The notes under the pieces were generated by a model. That model saw nothing but the letters and a program-made list of their open reading frames with translations, had not been told where the DNA came from and ran no database searches. This document shows positions 16,467 to 27,120 of a DNA stretch of 32,000 bases, in pieces. Position numbers and translations under genes: made by a program. This DNA comes from Acaryochloris thomasi RCC1774. GTDB taxonomy: Bacteria > Cyanobacteriota > Cyanobacteriia > Thermosynechococcales > Thermosynechococcaceae. The stretch lies in NCBI RefSeq assembly GCF_003231495.1, contig NZ_PQWO01000004.1, positions 60,001 to 92,000 of the forward strand, read 5' to 3'. The stretch's first letter is position 1, and the number at the start of each line of letters is the position of its first letter.

Positions 16467-17522
16467 TTATCCAAAACCTTTTGATGGTGTGTCCATACAC
16501 CAAATCATCAACTGTCCATCCATTCCGCCACCCACTAAATAATGCCCCAAAGGATGCCACGCAAGACAGGCCACTCCGGCACTCAACCCCTTAAGCGTTT
16601 GATTCACCTTCTTAGCCCCCTTCCAAAGTAAAACCCGCTGATCCTCTCCCCCAGACGCTAAAAGCTGAGTCTGTGGCTGAAATGCGATCGCATTCACAAA
16701 ACCCTGATGCTCCGTTAGCACATGACTATTCCAGTTGCCGCCCTCACGCCGCCAAACGGTAATCCCATCCACACAGGCCGCAGCTAACAGAGCCGCACCG
16801 TCAGCCCAAGTAATGTGACTCACTTTGCCCGGAAACCCCTGCATCAACCAAGGTGGTGGCTTCTCCCACGCCAACACCGAAAGCGTGCGATCCAGATTGC
16901 CCGACGCTAAATACTGACCATCCGCTGACCATCGACAGGTTAGACTCGCCCCCGGTACCTCAAACAACAGCAGCGGCATCTCTGGTGTCTGTAGATCCCA
17001 AATCTTGACGCCACCGTGACCGCTCACAGCCAAATATTCCCCAGCCGGATGCCAAGCTAAATCCAATACCGACGAGGACTCAAACTCCAGCGTAGCCGTT
17101 TGCTTTTGGTGCTGCAGATCCCAGATTTGGACCTGGCGATGGGTTGCGATCGCAACCCTCTCCTCCACCGGATGCCAAGCTAAGTGATCAATCCAAACCG
17201 ACGGATAAACCTGCTCAAGTACAAGCTTCGGAACATCCTGCAAAACATCCCACACCCATACCTTGCCCGCCTGTCCCCCCACTGCAAGAAACTGGCTGTT
17301 CGCCGAGAACCCAAGGCAGTCACAGGAAAAGTCACCTGCCGTCAGCAAATCCAGCCTAACTCTCTGCGGACTTTCGGCCTCTTTCCACAGCACGGCTTCC
17401 CCTGCCGCTGAGATGGCTGCTAGATATTTGCCGTTGCTCGACCAGATAACCCCTCGCACATAATCAGATAACTGGTCTTGGGCTTGCTTTCTAAACGTGA
17501 TCAATGCACTCACACCAAACAA
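16467..17522 (-). CDS. WD40-repeat protein
   Basis: Repeated ...GH...V..LAW(H/S)P.G..LA.GG.D..V.(I/L)W blades. Its start overlaps the stop of the upstream COG0523 gene by 13 nt. Confidence 0.8.
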   Translation of the reverse strand: MFGVSALITFRKQAQDQLSDYVRGVIWSSNGKYLAAISAAGEAVLWKEAESPQRVRLDLLTAGDFSCDCLGFSANSQFLAVGGQAGKVWVWDVLQDVPKLVLEQVYPSVWIDHLAWHPVEERVAIATHRQVQIWDLQHQKQTATLEFESSSVLDLAWHPAGEYLAVSGHGGVKIWDLQTPEMPLLLFEVPGASLTCRWSADGQYLASGNLDRTLSVLAWEKPPPWLMQGFPGKVSHITWADGAALLAAACVDGITVWRREGGNWNSHVLTEHQGFVNAIAFQPQTQLLASGGEDQRVLLWKGAKKVNQTLKGLSAGVACLAWHPLGHYLVGGGMDGQLMIWCMDTPSKGFG

Positions 17523-18469
17523 GCTTTAAACGAATCCTGGAGGTTCATTTCATCCAAGTCTCGGCCAATAAACACCATCTCATTCTTGCGTGTTTCTGTT
17601 GGTTTCCAATTGCGATCGGGAGCACCATCAAAGATCATGTGGACGCCTTGAAATACAAACCGCTGCTCCTCGTTCTCCACGTTGAGAATCCCCTTCATCC
17701 GAAAGATATTGGGACCGTGGGTTTCTAACAGATTCGTCATCCAAGTATTGAGCTTATCTAGATTTACCGCCCCCGCTTCTACAATGGAGCGAGAATACAC
17801 AGAATCATCATGCTCATGAGCATCCTCGCCCAAAAACTCTGGGTCAATCTCTAGCGCCCGCTTCAGGTCAAAGGCCTTCACTCCTAAAACTGAATCCATG
17901 CCAATCTCGCAGTGCTGCGTATGGTGAATTTTGACCAGTGCATTCATGGCCCGCATTTTTTGTTCGAGTTCCTTCAGCTTATCTGGTTCAACCAGATCGG
18001 TCTTATTGAGTAAAATTACATCCGCGAAGGCGATTTGCTCCTGCACCTCTTCGCTATCCCAGTGCGCTTCAACATGCTGAGCATCTACCACCGTGACGAC
18101 TGCATCTAAATCAAGCTGGGCTTGAATCTCTTCATCCACAAAGAACGTCTGGATGACGGGAGCTGGATCGGCGAGTCCAGTGGTCTCAATCACGAGGTGG
18201 TCAAACTGATCGCGGCGGCGCATGAGGTTGCCGATAATCCGAATTAGGTCTCCTCGTACCGTGCAGCAGATACAGCCATTATTCATTTCAAAGATTTCTT
18301 CATCAGCATCGATCACAAGCTGATTATCAATGCCCACTTCACCAAACTCATTGACGATCACAGCTACTTTCTTGCCATGCTCGTGGGTCAGAATTCGATT
18401 GAGAAGCGTCGTCTTTCCGGCACCTAGATAGCCCGTCAGTACGGTAACGGGAACGGCTGAACTAACCAT
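17510..18469 (-). CDS. COG0523 GTPase metallochaperone, paralog 2
   Basis: Same motifs as 1786-2766 ([29 protein letters not shown]). By eye roughly two thirds or more of residues are identical to paralog 1. Confidence 0.85.
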   Translation of the reverse strand: MVSSAVPVTVLTGYLGAGKTTLLNRILTHEHGKKVAVIVNEFGEVGIDNQLVIDADEEIFEMNNGCICCTVRGDLIRIIGNLMRRRDQFDHLVIETTGLADPAPVIQTFFVDEEIQAQLDLDAVVTVVDAQHVEAHWDSEEVQEQIAFADVILLNKTDLVEPDKLKELEQKMRAMNALVKIHHTQHCEIGMDSVLGVKAFDLKRALEIDPEFLGEDAHEHDDSVYSRSIVEAGAVNLDKLNTWMTNLLETHGPNIFRMKGILNVENEEQRFVFQGVHMIFDGAPDRNWKPTETRKNEMVFIGRDLDEMNLQDSFKACLV

Positions 18470-18517
18470 AGAAAACTAAATCCTGAGAGGTTGAAAAGGA
18501 ACGAACAAAAGGGCCGC

Positions 18518-18781
18518 TTACTGTGCAGACGATGGGAGAGCTGCAGCAACAGCGTCATAATCGACCTCTGCTGCTGACTGATGGATTTTATAAGTCTGGG
18601 TGGGTTGGGTCATCACGGAAATGACGGTTTCCGCTGGAGGGCAGTCCGGTTCATGACAGCGTAGTTGACTAATAGAGATCGGCACATCGTCACCGAGACT
18701 TAGCAGGTCGTTGACCCACCGTTTGATCTGTTGAATATGCTCTACAGGTGGTGCTGTAGAGCGCCTTTCAAATAGGTTCAT
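18518..18781 (-). CDS. small conserved-looking protein with a CHEPDCPP motif
   Basis: 87 aa, first gene of the COG0523-WD40 operon. Has two Cys spaced as C-x4-C. Family not recognised. Confidence 0.5.
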   Translation of the reverse strand: MNLFERRSTAPPVEHIQQIKRWVNDLLSLGDDVPISISQLRCHEPDCPPAETVISVMTQPTQTYKIHQSAAEVDYDAVAAALPSSAQ

Positions 18782-19064
18782 CGGTTACCCCTCCATTCCT
18801 CTTCGGTAGAGCCAAATGAATTGAGTCGTAACGACTGCTGCTGAAGCTTAGTATTCATGGCTGGGGGATTGGTCTTTGTAGCAACTGATACGATTGAGGC
18901 CATCGCAGCCTATTCTGCCTAGCTTGGTGGAGAGAAGTTGCGATGCCTCAGGGCCTGCCTTCGGCAATCGCGCATCGTCACAACGGATCAGCTGGAGTGA
19001 ACATCCAGGACAATGATTCATGCCAGAAGTCTGTTGAACCTCCTACGCTAGACTAAGAGGAGTT

Positions 19065-19868
19065 TTGCCGGAGAGTCCTGCAGTGGTTCGCCTTGATGCC
19101 AATCCATCTCAAGCTGTATGCGAGGACGTTACTGATTCCCTTCAGCAGCTCCCCAAAAACTTATATAGCGATGAGCCGCCTTTGGAAACTGACTTTCACC
19201 GTGACCAGATTGACCTGTTGCTCCGACTGTTGAAATATTGGTGGCGCGACCGTCCTGACTTCTATATTTCTGGTAATCTCACGGTCTACTACAACGAACA
19301 GCAGCTCAAGTCACGGGACTTTCGTGGTCCCGATGTTTTTGTCGTATTGGGCGCAGAGAAAAAAGACCGCCGCAGTTGGGCGATCTGGGAAGAAGGCGGC
19401 AAGTACCCCAACGTCGTGATTGAACTCCTGTCTGACTCCACTGCAACTGTTGATCGCGGTAAAAAGAAAGAGCTGTATCAAGATGTGTGGCGCGTCCCAG
19501 AATACTACTGGTTTCATCCCCAAACAATGGAGTTCGCAGGGTTTCGTCTGATGGGGGGCACCTATATTGAGATTGAACCCGCTGATGGCAAACTGCAGAG
19601 TGAGCAATTGGGGCTAGCACTGGGTATTTATGAACAACAGCTCCGTTGGTTTACCAAAGATGGAGCATTAGTTCCTCTGCCTGAGGATGCTGAGCAACAG
19701 CGGGCTGACCAAGAACGGCTGCGAGCAGATCAGGAACAGCAGCGGGCTGATCAAGAACGGCAACGGGCTGACCAAGAACGGCTGCGAGCAGACCAAGAAC
19801 GAGAGAAGAGAAAGCAGTTAGAAGATTATTTGCGATCGCAAAATATAGACCCCGATCAGCTTCCTTAA
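19065..19868 (+). CDS. Uma2 (DUF820) family protein with a C-terminal charged repeat tail
   Basis: Uma2 core (PDVFVVLG...YPNVVIELLSDST) followed by RADQE heptad repeats. The track start is a TTG, so the true start is uncertain. Confidence 0.75.
   Translation: MPESPAVVRLDANPSQAVCEDVTDSLQQLPKNLYSDEPPLETDFHRDQIDLLLRLLKYWWRDRPDFYISGNLTVYYNEQQLKSRDFRGPDVFVVLGAEKKDRRSWAIWEEGGKYPNVVIELLSDSTATVDRGKKKELYQDVWRVPEYYWFHPQTMEFAGFRLMGGTYIEIEPADGKLQSEQLGLALGIYEQQLRWFTKDGALVPLPEDAEQQRADQERLRADQEQQRADQERQRADQERLRADQEREKRKQLEDYLRSQNIDPDQLP
19701..19805 (+). repeat. 5 x 21-bp in-frame tandem repeat
   Basis: cgggctgaccaagaacggctg / cgagcagatcaggaacagcag / cgggctgatcaagaacggcaa / cgggctgaccaagaacggctg / cgagcagaccaagaacgagag. 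Encodes RADQE(R/Q)(L/Q) heptads. Confidence 0.85.
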
Positions 19869-20994
19869 ATCCAGCCCTTCAACGTCGCCTGATAAACACC
19901 CTGATAGCGATTTTTAGCATCAAGCTTAACCAAGCTGTTGTTGACGTGAAACTTGACTGTGCTTTCGCTGATGTGGAGGTGTTGGGCAATGTTGCGATCG
20001 CGATAGCCCTGGGCCAACAACACCATAATTTCTTGTTCACGTTCCGACGGCATGGGGCTGTCCTGATCCCCTTCTCCTTTCTGACTACCGGCATAGGGCA
20101 ACCTGAGGGAGAACTGCAGCATCCGTTCCTGCACACCTGTTTGAGCGTCTAGGACTCCGCCTAAGCGATCAGCGAGGAACTGGAGTTCACCAAAATCAAC
20201 CCTTTCCATCTTCTTAATTGACGGCGCTGGGTCGGTGGGCAGTTCAATGATTGCCTCTAGCGAAATCGCTTGCTCTTCATAGGTCAACCGACAATATTCG
20301 CAGTGCAGTTGCGCTAGGCGTTCCGCCGTCTGAAGGTAAAGATGAACGATAGAAGCCGACAGGGATTGCTCTGTGCCGACAAGCACCAGTCGTGTAGAGG
20401 TCAAAATGGCAGCGAGTTGATCCGATAATGGAGGCCGAGGCGGTTGGCGCTGCACCTCTTGCTGGATCTGCTGGCTTTGCAACGCGGCATCAATAGCAAT
20501 GGTCGTTGTCATACACAACACCTGCAGCACTTCTAGAAACTCGGGCGCTAGCGTCTCTTGACTAAAGGTTGCCAGAACGCCAATAGCGCCTCGCTCCGTC
20601 ATGAGTGGATAACCCGCAAAGCCTTGAATTTTATTTGCGATCGCCCAGTCTCGATCTTTAACCCAAGCCTCGTCCGCCAAATGATTACTGAGAAAGGGCA
20701 CACAGTTTTGGGCGATCTTCCCAACCTTGTATGCCCCCATCGGTACCTTCGCAAAGGAGCCATCAAGGTGCGTGTATAAGCCCGCAGAAGCAACAAGTCG
20801 TAAGCTGCTTCGGTCTGATTCCACGAGCCAGATGCGAGCAAAAATACAGTTAAAGTTCTCAACAAGCGCTTTGGTAATCTGAGCGGCAATGGGTTCCGGT
20901 TCCAGGCAGCCTGAGATCTGCTGCACAAGTCGATTAATGCGCTGCAGATCTCGCAGCAGCAGCGTCGGATTCAGGAGGGCCGAAACCGACCCCA

Positions 20995-20995
<1 letters not shown>
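19865..20995 (-). CDS. GAF-domain plus LuxR-type HTH transcriptional regulator
   Basis: N-terminal GAF-like region. C-terminus SEREQEIMVLLAQGYRDRNIAQHLHISESTVKFHVNNSLVKL is a LuxR/FixJ HTH. Its ATG shares the A of the FNR stop (TAATG). Confidence 0.8.
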
Positions 20996-21891
<896 letters not shown>

Positions 21892-22149
21892 CTAATATCA
21901 GGGCTGCAAATCAGTACCTATCACATGCGACGAAATCAACATGCAGCGTACGTTTCAATTGACTTAAGCCTACTCTCGACTCCCATGGACCACTGTTGCG
22001 ATTACGACAGTTTCCAACAATATTTAGATTCAACATGGGGCAGAGAGGATTGATCTCTGCTCAAAGCAGTCCCCTGCGGCAGCTCTAAAAAAATATACTG
22101 GGAGAGAGGCGAGATCATTCACGGATGAGGAACGCAAGCGATCTGCATT

Positions 22150-25100
22150 ATGGATAAAGTCTCTCAAACGGCTGTCTCAATGTTTGTTGCATCCGGTTTG
22201 TTGCTGTGCCCAGATGTTACTTTCGTTCTTCCGGCCGCGCAGGCTCAGGAGATCCAATCTGTTGATTTGTTGTTAGAAGAGGGCGATCTCCACTTGCAGA
22301 AGGGCCAGCTTTTCAAAGCATTAACCGCCTACGAACAGGCTTCTCTTCAACTGCGCAATCAAGCCGAGAAAGCCCAAACGCTGATTAAGACTGCAAAAAT
22401 TCACAGTGGCCTTTTACAAGAATCGCAGGCGTTAGAGACAGCACTGCAGGCATTGGCGATCTACGAAACCCTCTCAGATCCGTTGGGTAAAGCAGAGGCG
22501 CTCACTGAGGTCGGGGATGCCTATCTCGACCTTGAACACAATCAAAAAGCTTTAGAGATCTTGCAGCAGGCGCTCACAATTCTGCAGCGAGAAAAACGGC
22601 CCACTCAACGAATCCGTCAGGGATTAGCCGAGACTCTCAACGATCTCGGTCGCGTTCATCGCAATCTAGAGCAGTATCCCCAGGCCAATCGGTTTTTTAA
22701 GCAATCCCTCGCCCTACATCGACGGATGGGCAATCAATTTGAAGTGGGTCGTCTGAAGGGTGCCATTGGCGGCACGTACGTGCTTCAAGGCCAGCGAACC
22801 CAGGCGGTCCCCTCTCTGAAAATGGCCCAGCAGACGCTTGCTCAAGTGTTAGCTGACAGCCAACGCAGCGGGAACCGTACGCTGGAGGCCCAGACAATTT
22901 ATCACATGGGTCTCAACGCTCTTCTGGAAGGACAGCAGGGCTTAGAGCAGTTTGAGCAAGCGATCGCACTTTTTCGAGACCTCAACTATCGGGTTCGAGA
23001 AGCCGATGCCCTTTCGACTCTCGGCATTTATCACCAGATTCGAGGTCAGTTTGTTCAGCAGCTTCAATACGAGCAACAGGCCCAAGCGATTTTTCAAACC
23101 ACAGGTGAACCGATCTACACCAACAACAGTTTGTCCACAGTCGGGCAGACCCTAAAACGACTGGGACGATACCCCGAAGCCATCAAGACTTACGAACAGG
23201 TCCTGGTCAACTATCGCAAATTGGGGCAGTCGTCTCCCCAACGAGATCGCTATCCGCTTCAGGTCAAGATGTCTCAGGTTCTTGCTAGGCTCGGTGCCGC
23301 ACAAGCGAAACTGGGTCAGTACTCACAAGCAATTAAAACCCTTGAGGGCAGACTGAGTCCCTATACAGTGGTTCTCAAGTCGAATAGTCTCTCGTTTTCT
23401 GATCGAAAGCAGATGGTCAACCTTCTGCAGCAGCTAGGGGACGCCCATAATCAGATTGATCAGTACCCGCAAGCGCTCACTTATCTCAATCAGGCTTTAA
23501 AGCTCTCGCAGCCTCTGCAGGACCCTCTGGCCAGCACAGCCATTTACTCTAGCCTCGGGAACGTCTATGCTCGCCTAGGCCAGAATGACAAATCTCTAGA
23601 TTTATACAGGCAAGCGCTTCAGCTATATCAACAGGCCCTAACGCAGACCGCAGAACAACTCGGGCACAATCCATCAGAGGTGGGGCAGCAATCCTCCGGT
23701 AGCAGCACCGGCCAAAATCTTCTGAGAATGGTTCAACCCACTGGCAACAACGATTTAAAGGCACTCGCGTTGTCAACGCTGGGAGCAGAATATGCGGAGC
23801 AAGGGCAGCCGAGTCAGGCTCTACAGACCTATCAGCAGGCTTTAGGGCTGTATCGGAGGGCAGGCGATCGCCCCCAAGAGAGTTTAACGCTAACTAGCAT
23901 CGGCCTTCTGCATCTCGGCCAGAAACGATATCCGCAAGCAATAGAAAGCTTTCAGCAGAAGCTAGCGCTGTCTCGGTCACTGGACAATCGGTCTGATACC
24001 GCTCGAACGCTGAGTCTGATCGGAGACATTCATTACCAACAAAAGCGGTATGCTCAAGCAGAGCCAATGCTCCGGGAAGCTGCTGATCTGTGGGACAGCC
24101 TACAGCCCGGACTCAGCGATCAGGATCGGGTCACGCAGCGGGATTCGATCGTCAGTACGTTTGATGCTTTGCAGCAAACGCTAATTGCCCGAGATCAGCC
24201 GAAAGCTGCCTTAGAGATTTCAGAACGAGGCCGAGCCAGAGCGTTTGTCGAACTCCTGGCGTCGCGTTCAGCGAAGGTTGCCAAGCGTCAGCAACCCGTC
24301 GAGCCTCTAACGATCAAACAAATTCAGCAGGTTGCCCAAGATCAGCAGGCAACGCTCGTCGAATATTCGATTGTGGACGGACAGATTTTTATCTGGGTGG
24401 TTCAGCCCACGGGTGCTATCCATCTCGTACGGGTGGATCGCCTCAGTGGGTCTTTAGAGAAGTTGATCCGCAATAGTCGCACAGCAATTGGCGCTCGCGG
24501 ACGCGGACAGATCGCGGTGGTACCAACCTCTAAAGGACAGTCTGATCAGTCACAAAAATCACTGCAAGAGCTGCACCGGCTTTTGATTGCGCCTGTTGCG
24601 CAGTATCTGCCGACAGATCCCGAGGAGCGTGTTATTTTCATCCCCGAGGGAGAACTATTTCTGGCTCCTTTCGCAGCGTTTCAAGATCGCCAAGGGCAGG
24701 CTCTATTACAACAGCATACTGTGGTTACGGCTCCCTCAATTCAGGTCCTGACGCTGACGCGTCAGCAACAGCAGCGGCTCACCGCTGGGGGAGAGGCACT
24801 AATTGTGGGCAATCCGACGATGCCTCGTTTAGCCGGTCAGTCAGCGCCGCTTTTGCCTTTACCTGGAGCAGAGAAAGAAGCGATCGCAATTGCAAAAATG
24901 CTCAACACTCAAGCGATCACAGGCTCCCAAGCCACAAAGACTAAGATCGCTCAGCAGATGCCGAAGGCCCGCCTGATTCACTTCGCCACCCACGGTTTGC
25001 TGGACAATATACAAGGTTCAAACGATGTACAAAATTTAGAGATACCGGGTGCGATCGCACTAGCTCCTGACAACACAGGGGAAGCTACGGATGGTTTCTT

Positions 25101-25425
25101 AACGGCCAGCGACATTGGTGAAATGGAGCTAACTGCAGACTTGGTGGTGCTGAGTGCCTGCGACACTGGAGGAGGCAGAATCACCGGGGACGGGGTGATT
25201 GGCCTATCTCGCTCTTTCCTCTCATCAGGCGTGCCCAGTGTAGTGGTGTCGCTATGGAAGGTGCCCGACGAATCTACTGCACTGCTAATGACGACGTTCT
25301 ATCAAGAGCTGCAGCGGGGTGCTGATAAAGCCCAAGCTCTGCGACAGGCGATGTTAACCACAAAACAGAAGTATCCTAACCCCCTAGATTGGGCGGCCTT
25401 TACCCTCATCGGAGAAGCAGAGTGA
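22150..25425 (+). CDS. secreted TPR-repeat / CHAT-domain (caspase-like) protein
   Basis: N-terminal Sec-type signal (...VLPAAQAQE), about 700 aa of TPR-like repeats, and a C-terminal CHAT domain with His (IHFATHG) and Cys (VLSACDTG) dyad motifs. Confidence 0.85.
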   Translation: MDKVSQTAVSMFVASGLLLCPDVTFVLPAAQAQEIQSVDLLLEEGDLHLQKGQLFKALTAYEQASLQLRNQAEKAQTLIKTAKIHSGLLQESQALETALQALAIYETLSDPLGKAEALTEVGDAYLDLEHNQKALEILQQALTILQREKRPTQRIRQGLAETLNDLGRVHRNLEQYPQANRFFKQSLALHRRMGNQFEVGRLKGAIGGTYVLQGQRTQAVPSLKMAQQTLAQVLADSQRSGNRTLEAQTIYHMGLNALLEGQQGLEQFEQAIALFRDLNYRVREADALSTLGIYHQIRGQFVQQLQYEQQAQAIFQTTGEPIYTNNSLSTVGQTLKRLGRYPEAIKTYEQVLVNYRKLGQSSPQRDRYPLQVKMSQVLARLGAAQAKLGQYSQAIKTLEGRLSPYTVVLKSNSLSFSDRKQMVNLLQQLGDAHNQIDQYPQALTYLNQALKLSQPLQDPLASTAIYSSLGNVYARLGQNDKSLDLYRQALQLYQQALTQTAEQLGHNPSEVGQQSSGSSTGQNLLRMVQPTGNNDLKALALSTLGAEYAEQGQPSQALQTYQQALGLYRRAGDRPQESLTLTSIGLLHLGQKRYPQAIESFQQKLALSRSLDNRSDTARTLSLIGDIHYQQKRYAQAEPMLREAADLWDSLQPGLSDQDRVTQRDSIVSTFDALQQTLIARDQPKAALEISERGRARAFVELLASRSAKVAKRQQPVEPLTIKQIQQVAQDQQATLVEYSIVDGQIFIWVVQPTGAIHLVRVDRLSGSLEKLIRNSRTAIGARGRGQIAVVPTSKGQSDQSQKSLQELHRLLIAPVAQYLPTDPEERVIFIPEGELFLAPFAAFQDRQGQALLQQHTVVTAPSIQVLTLTRQQQQRLTAGGEALIVGNPTMPRLAGQSAPLLPLPGAEKEAIAIAKMLNTQAITGSQATKTKIAQQMPKARLIHFATHGLLDNIQGSNDVQNLEIPGAIALAPDNTGEATDGFLTASDIGEMELTADLVVLSACDTGGGRITGDGVIGLSRSFLSSGVPSVVVSLWKVPDESTALLMTTFYQELQRGADKAQALRQAMLTTKQKYPNPLDWAAFTLIGEAE

Positions 25426-25466
25426 TAGGCTATTTCCTAACAGGCAAAAAGGTTCCATCGAAAAAA

Positions 25467-25931
25467 ATGCATAAAAATCACCTCACATCATTGCTATTAG
25501 TTTCGATGTTGCTTCCTTTCAATATTTCTGCGAGAGCAGCAGAGATCCATCAAGCCGTGAGTCAGCAGTGTGTGCTGCAGATAGAAGCGACTGAGAAAAG
25601 GCTTCTAGAGGTCTCAACTCTCAATCTTGTAGAAGCGGGTACGGACAAATATTCAGATTCTGAACCCGGTCGGCCTGTATACGCAACTCACTCTGTCTAC
25701 TTCACTCTCGAAAAGGAAGGAGGAGAAAATCTCATGAATTCTCCGGTCTTGATGAAAAGTCTTTCGACGGCTCTGTTCGCGCAATGCAATACAGCAGGAT
25801 CCGTCGTTTTTGGATTTAATAAATCCGACTGGTCCGAAACTTTCGGGAAAATGACAGATGGCACCATACAGAAGTTCGATTGCGCTGAAGATCCAACCCA
25901 GATCACTTGGGGGACGCAACCCTGTCTTTAG
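25467..25931 (+). CDS. secreted hypothetical protein with 4 Cys
   Basis: Starts at the ATG at 25467 (MHKNHLTSLLLVSMLLPFNISARAAE signal peptide), 41 nt after the CHAT stop. The upstream extension in the track overlaps the CHAT gene. Confidence 0.5.
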   Translation: MHKNHLTSLLLVSMLLPFNISARAAEIHQAVSQQCVLQIEATEKRLLEVSTLNLVEAGTDKYSDSEPGRPVYATHSVYFTLEKEGGENLMNSPVLMKSLSTALFAQCNTAGSVVFGFNKSDWSETFGKMTDGTIQKFDCAEDPTQITWGTQPCL

Positions 25932-26080
25932 GTGAACTGTAAACCAACTGACAGCTAGACGACAGTATCCTAATCAGCCTTTATTCTCACTTGGCCAGCA
26001 AGGTAATAGGCTGCTATTGCAATAGGCACCAAAAGCTTATCAAATTTGCTCTAAAACTTTAATCGATAGGTACTTATACG

Positions 26081-26440
26081 TTGACCGAACCTGACTGGCT
26101 AGCTCGCTGCATCGAATATTTCTCAAATGAGACTGACGAATTAGTGGGGGAGTTTAACCTACCTCAAGTTGAACTACGGGATTTGCAGAAGCTGTGGAAC
26201 TTGCCGTTAGATGAACCAATAGTTGGTGGTTTCGAAATTACGGAAGCGCAAGCACAATTCTTTCGAGACTTAGCCAGTATTGATTTTGATTTCACGAAAT
26301 ACAGTTTCATTCTGGATGCCTACACAACTGACTGGGAGGCGACGAGACGCGCCGGAGGCTACATGGGCCTTTTCCCACCACCTCGAACGTTGCTTGCTTT
26401 TCCTGATGCCCAGCGAGTAATGCTAGAAGCTGAGGGATAA
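26081..26440 (+). CDS. hypothetical protein (TTG start)
   Basis: 119 aa. The pattern IEYFSNETDELVGEFNLP...DEPIVGGFEITEAQ...KYSFILDAY weakly recalls small immunity-like proteins. Unverified. Confidence 0.4.
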   Translation: MTEPDWLARCIEYFSNETDELVGEFNLPQVELRDLQKLWNLPLDEPIVGGFEITEAQAQFFRDLASIDFDFTKYSFILDAYTTDWEATRRAGGYMGLFPPPRTLLAFPDAQRVMLEAEG

Positions 26441-26457
26441 AACTAGCGAAGGCTGTA

Positions 26458-26635
26458 TAGAACCCATTTGAGATCTTTTCTTAACGTTCAAGGGCTTCAG
26501 GCGTCCCGTTTTAGATAGCCCTGCAATCATAAAGGACTACGAAATAAAAAAATGCATGTATCCTACCATCTACATCATGCAAACAACGCAGCTATAGAGC
26601 TTGTAACTACAGCATTAGATGCCAAATAGGTTCTA
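26458..26635. mobile_element. 178-bp MITE derived from the IS at 29165-30101
   Basis: The left end TAGAACCCATTTGAGATCTT and right end AAATAGGTTCTA match the IS termini. The first ~45 bp resemble the IS left end. Flanked by TA/TA. Confidence 0.65.
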
Positions 26636-26827
26636 TAACCTTTGCACATAGTATACTTTTGCAAATGCAATGCTGTACAAATGCTGAAGAGTTTTACATG
26701 CACCACTTATTTTCTGCTAAGCCAGCTTAAACTAAGCGCGGCAGCAAATCAGTAATTAGCTGAGGAGTGCAAGGATCGAGGAGCATTCCAGGCACATTAA
26801 CGAAACTAAGCTTAGTCTTTGTTTTTG

Positions 26828-26920
26828 CCTACATTCCGCAGGCAAGAGAATTCTGTGAAACCCTTGCCAATGAAAGCTTTAAGCCTGGTCTGAGCAAAAT
26901 TATTTTCCCACCCTAAGAGA
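26828..26920. mobile_element. solo end fragment of MITE family B
   Basis: CCTACATTCCGCAGG (26828-26842) plus about 80 bp that align with the inner side of the 15135 end of the MITE at 14861-15136. No partner TIR is nearby. Confidence 0.55.
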
Positions 26921-27120
26921 CAAGCTCTTGTGCCATAGATCCGCCCACAATGACTTTCTATTCTTGCGTCTGGCCAATCATCGATCCGCTACGTCATCCA
27001 ACTTAAATCGAGTTGACAGAAAAACAAATAGTACGAACTAAGCTTTGTAGCTTTATTCTAGAACTACTTACTTATCGTGTTACGAGGGCAGGTGCGTATA
27101 GCAACAACTAAAATCTATTT

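Noticed and set aside
18995-19025. Possible Zur/Fur box (GACAATGATTCATGCC) in the region upstream of the COG0523-WD40 operon.
   Set aside because: Only a 4-5-bp partial palindrome (AATGA-T-TCATG) is present, far from the 7-1-7 consensus. It lies about 225 bp from the operon start. A PWM scan is needed.
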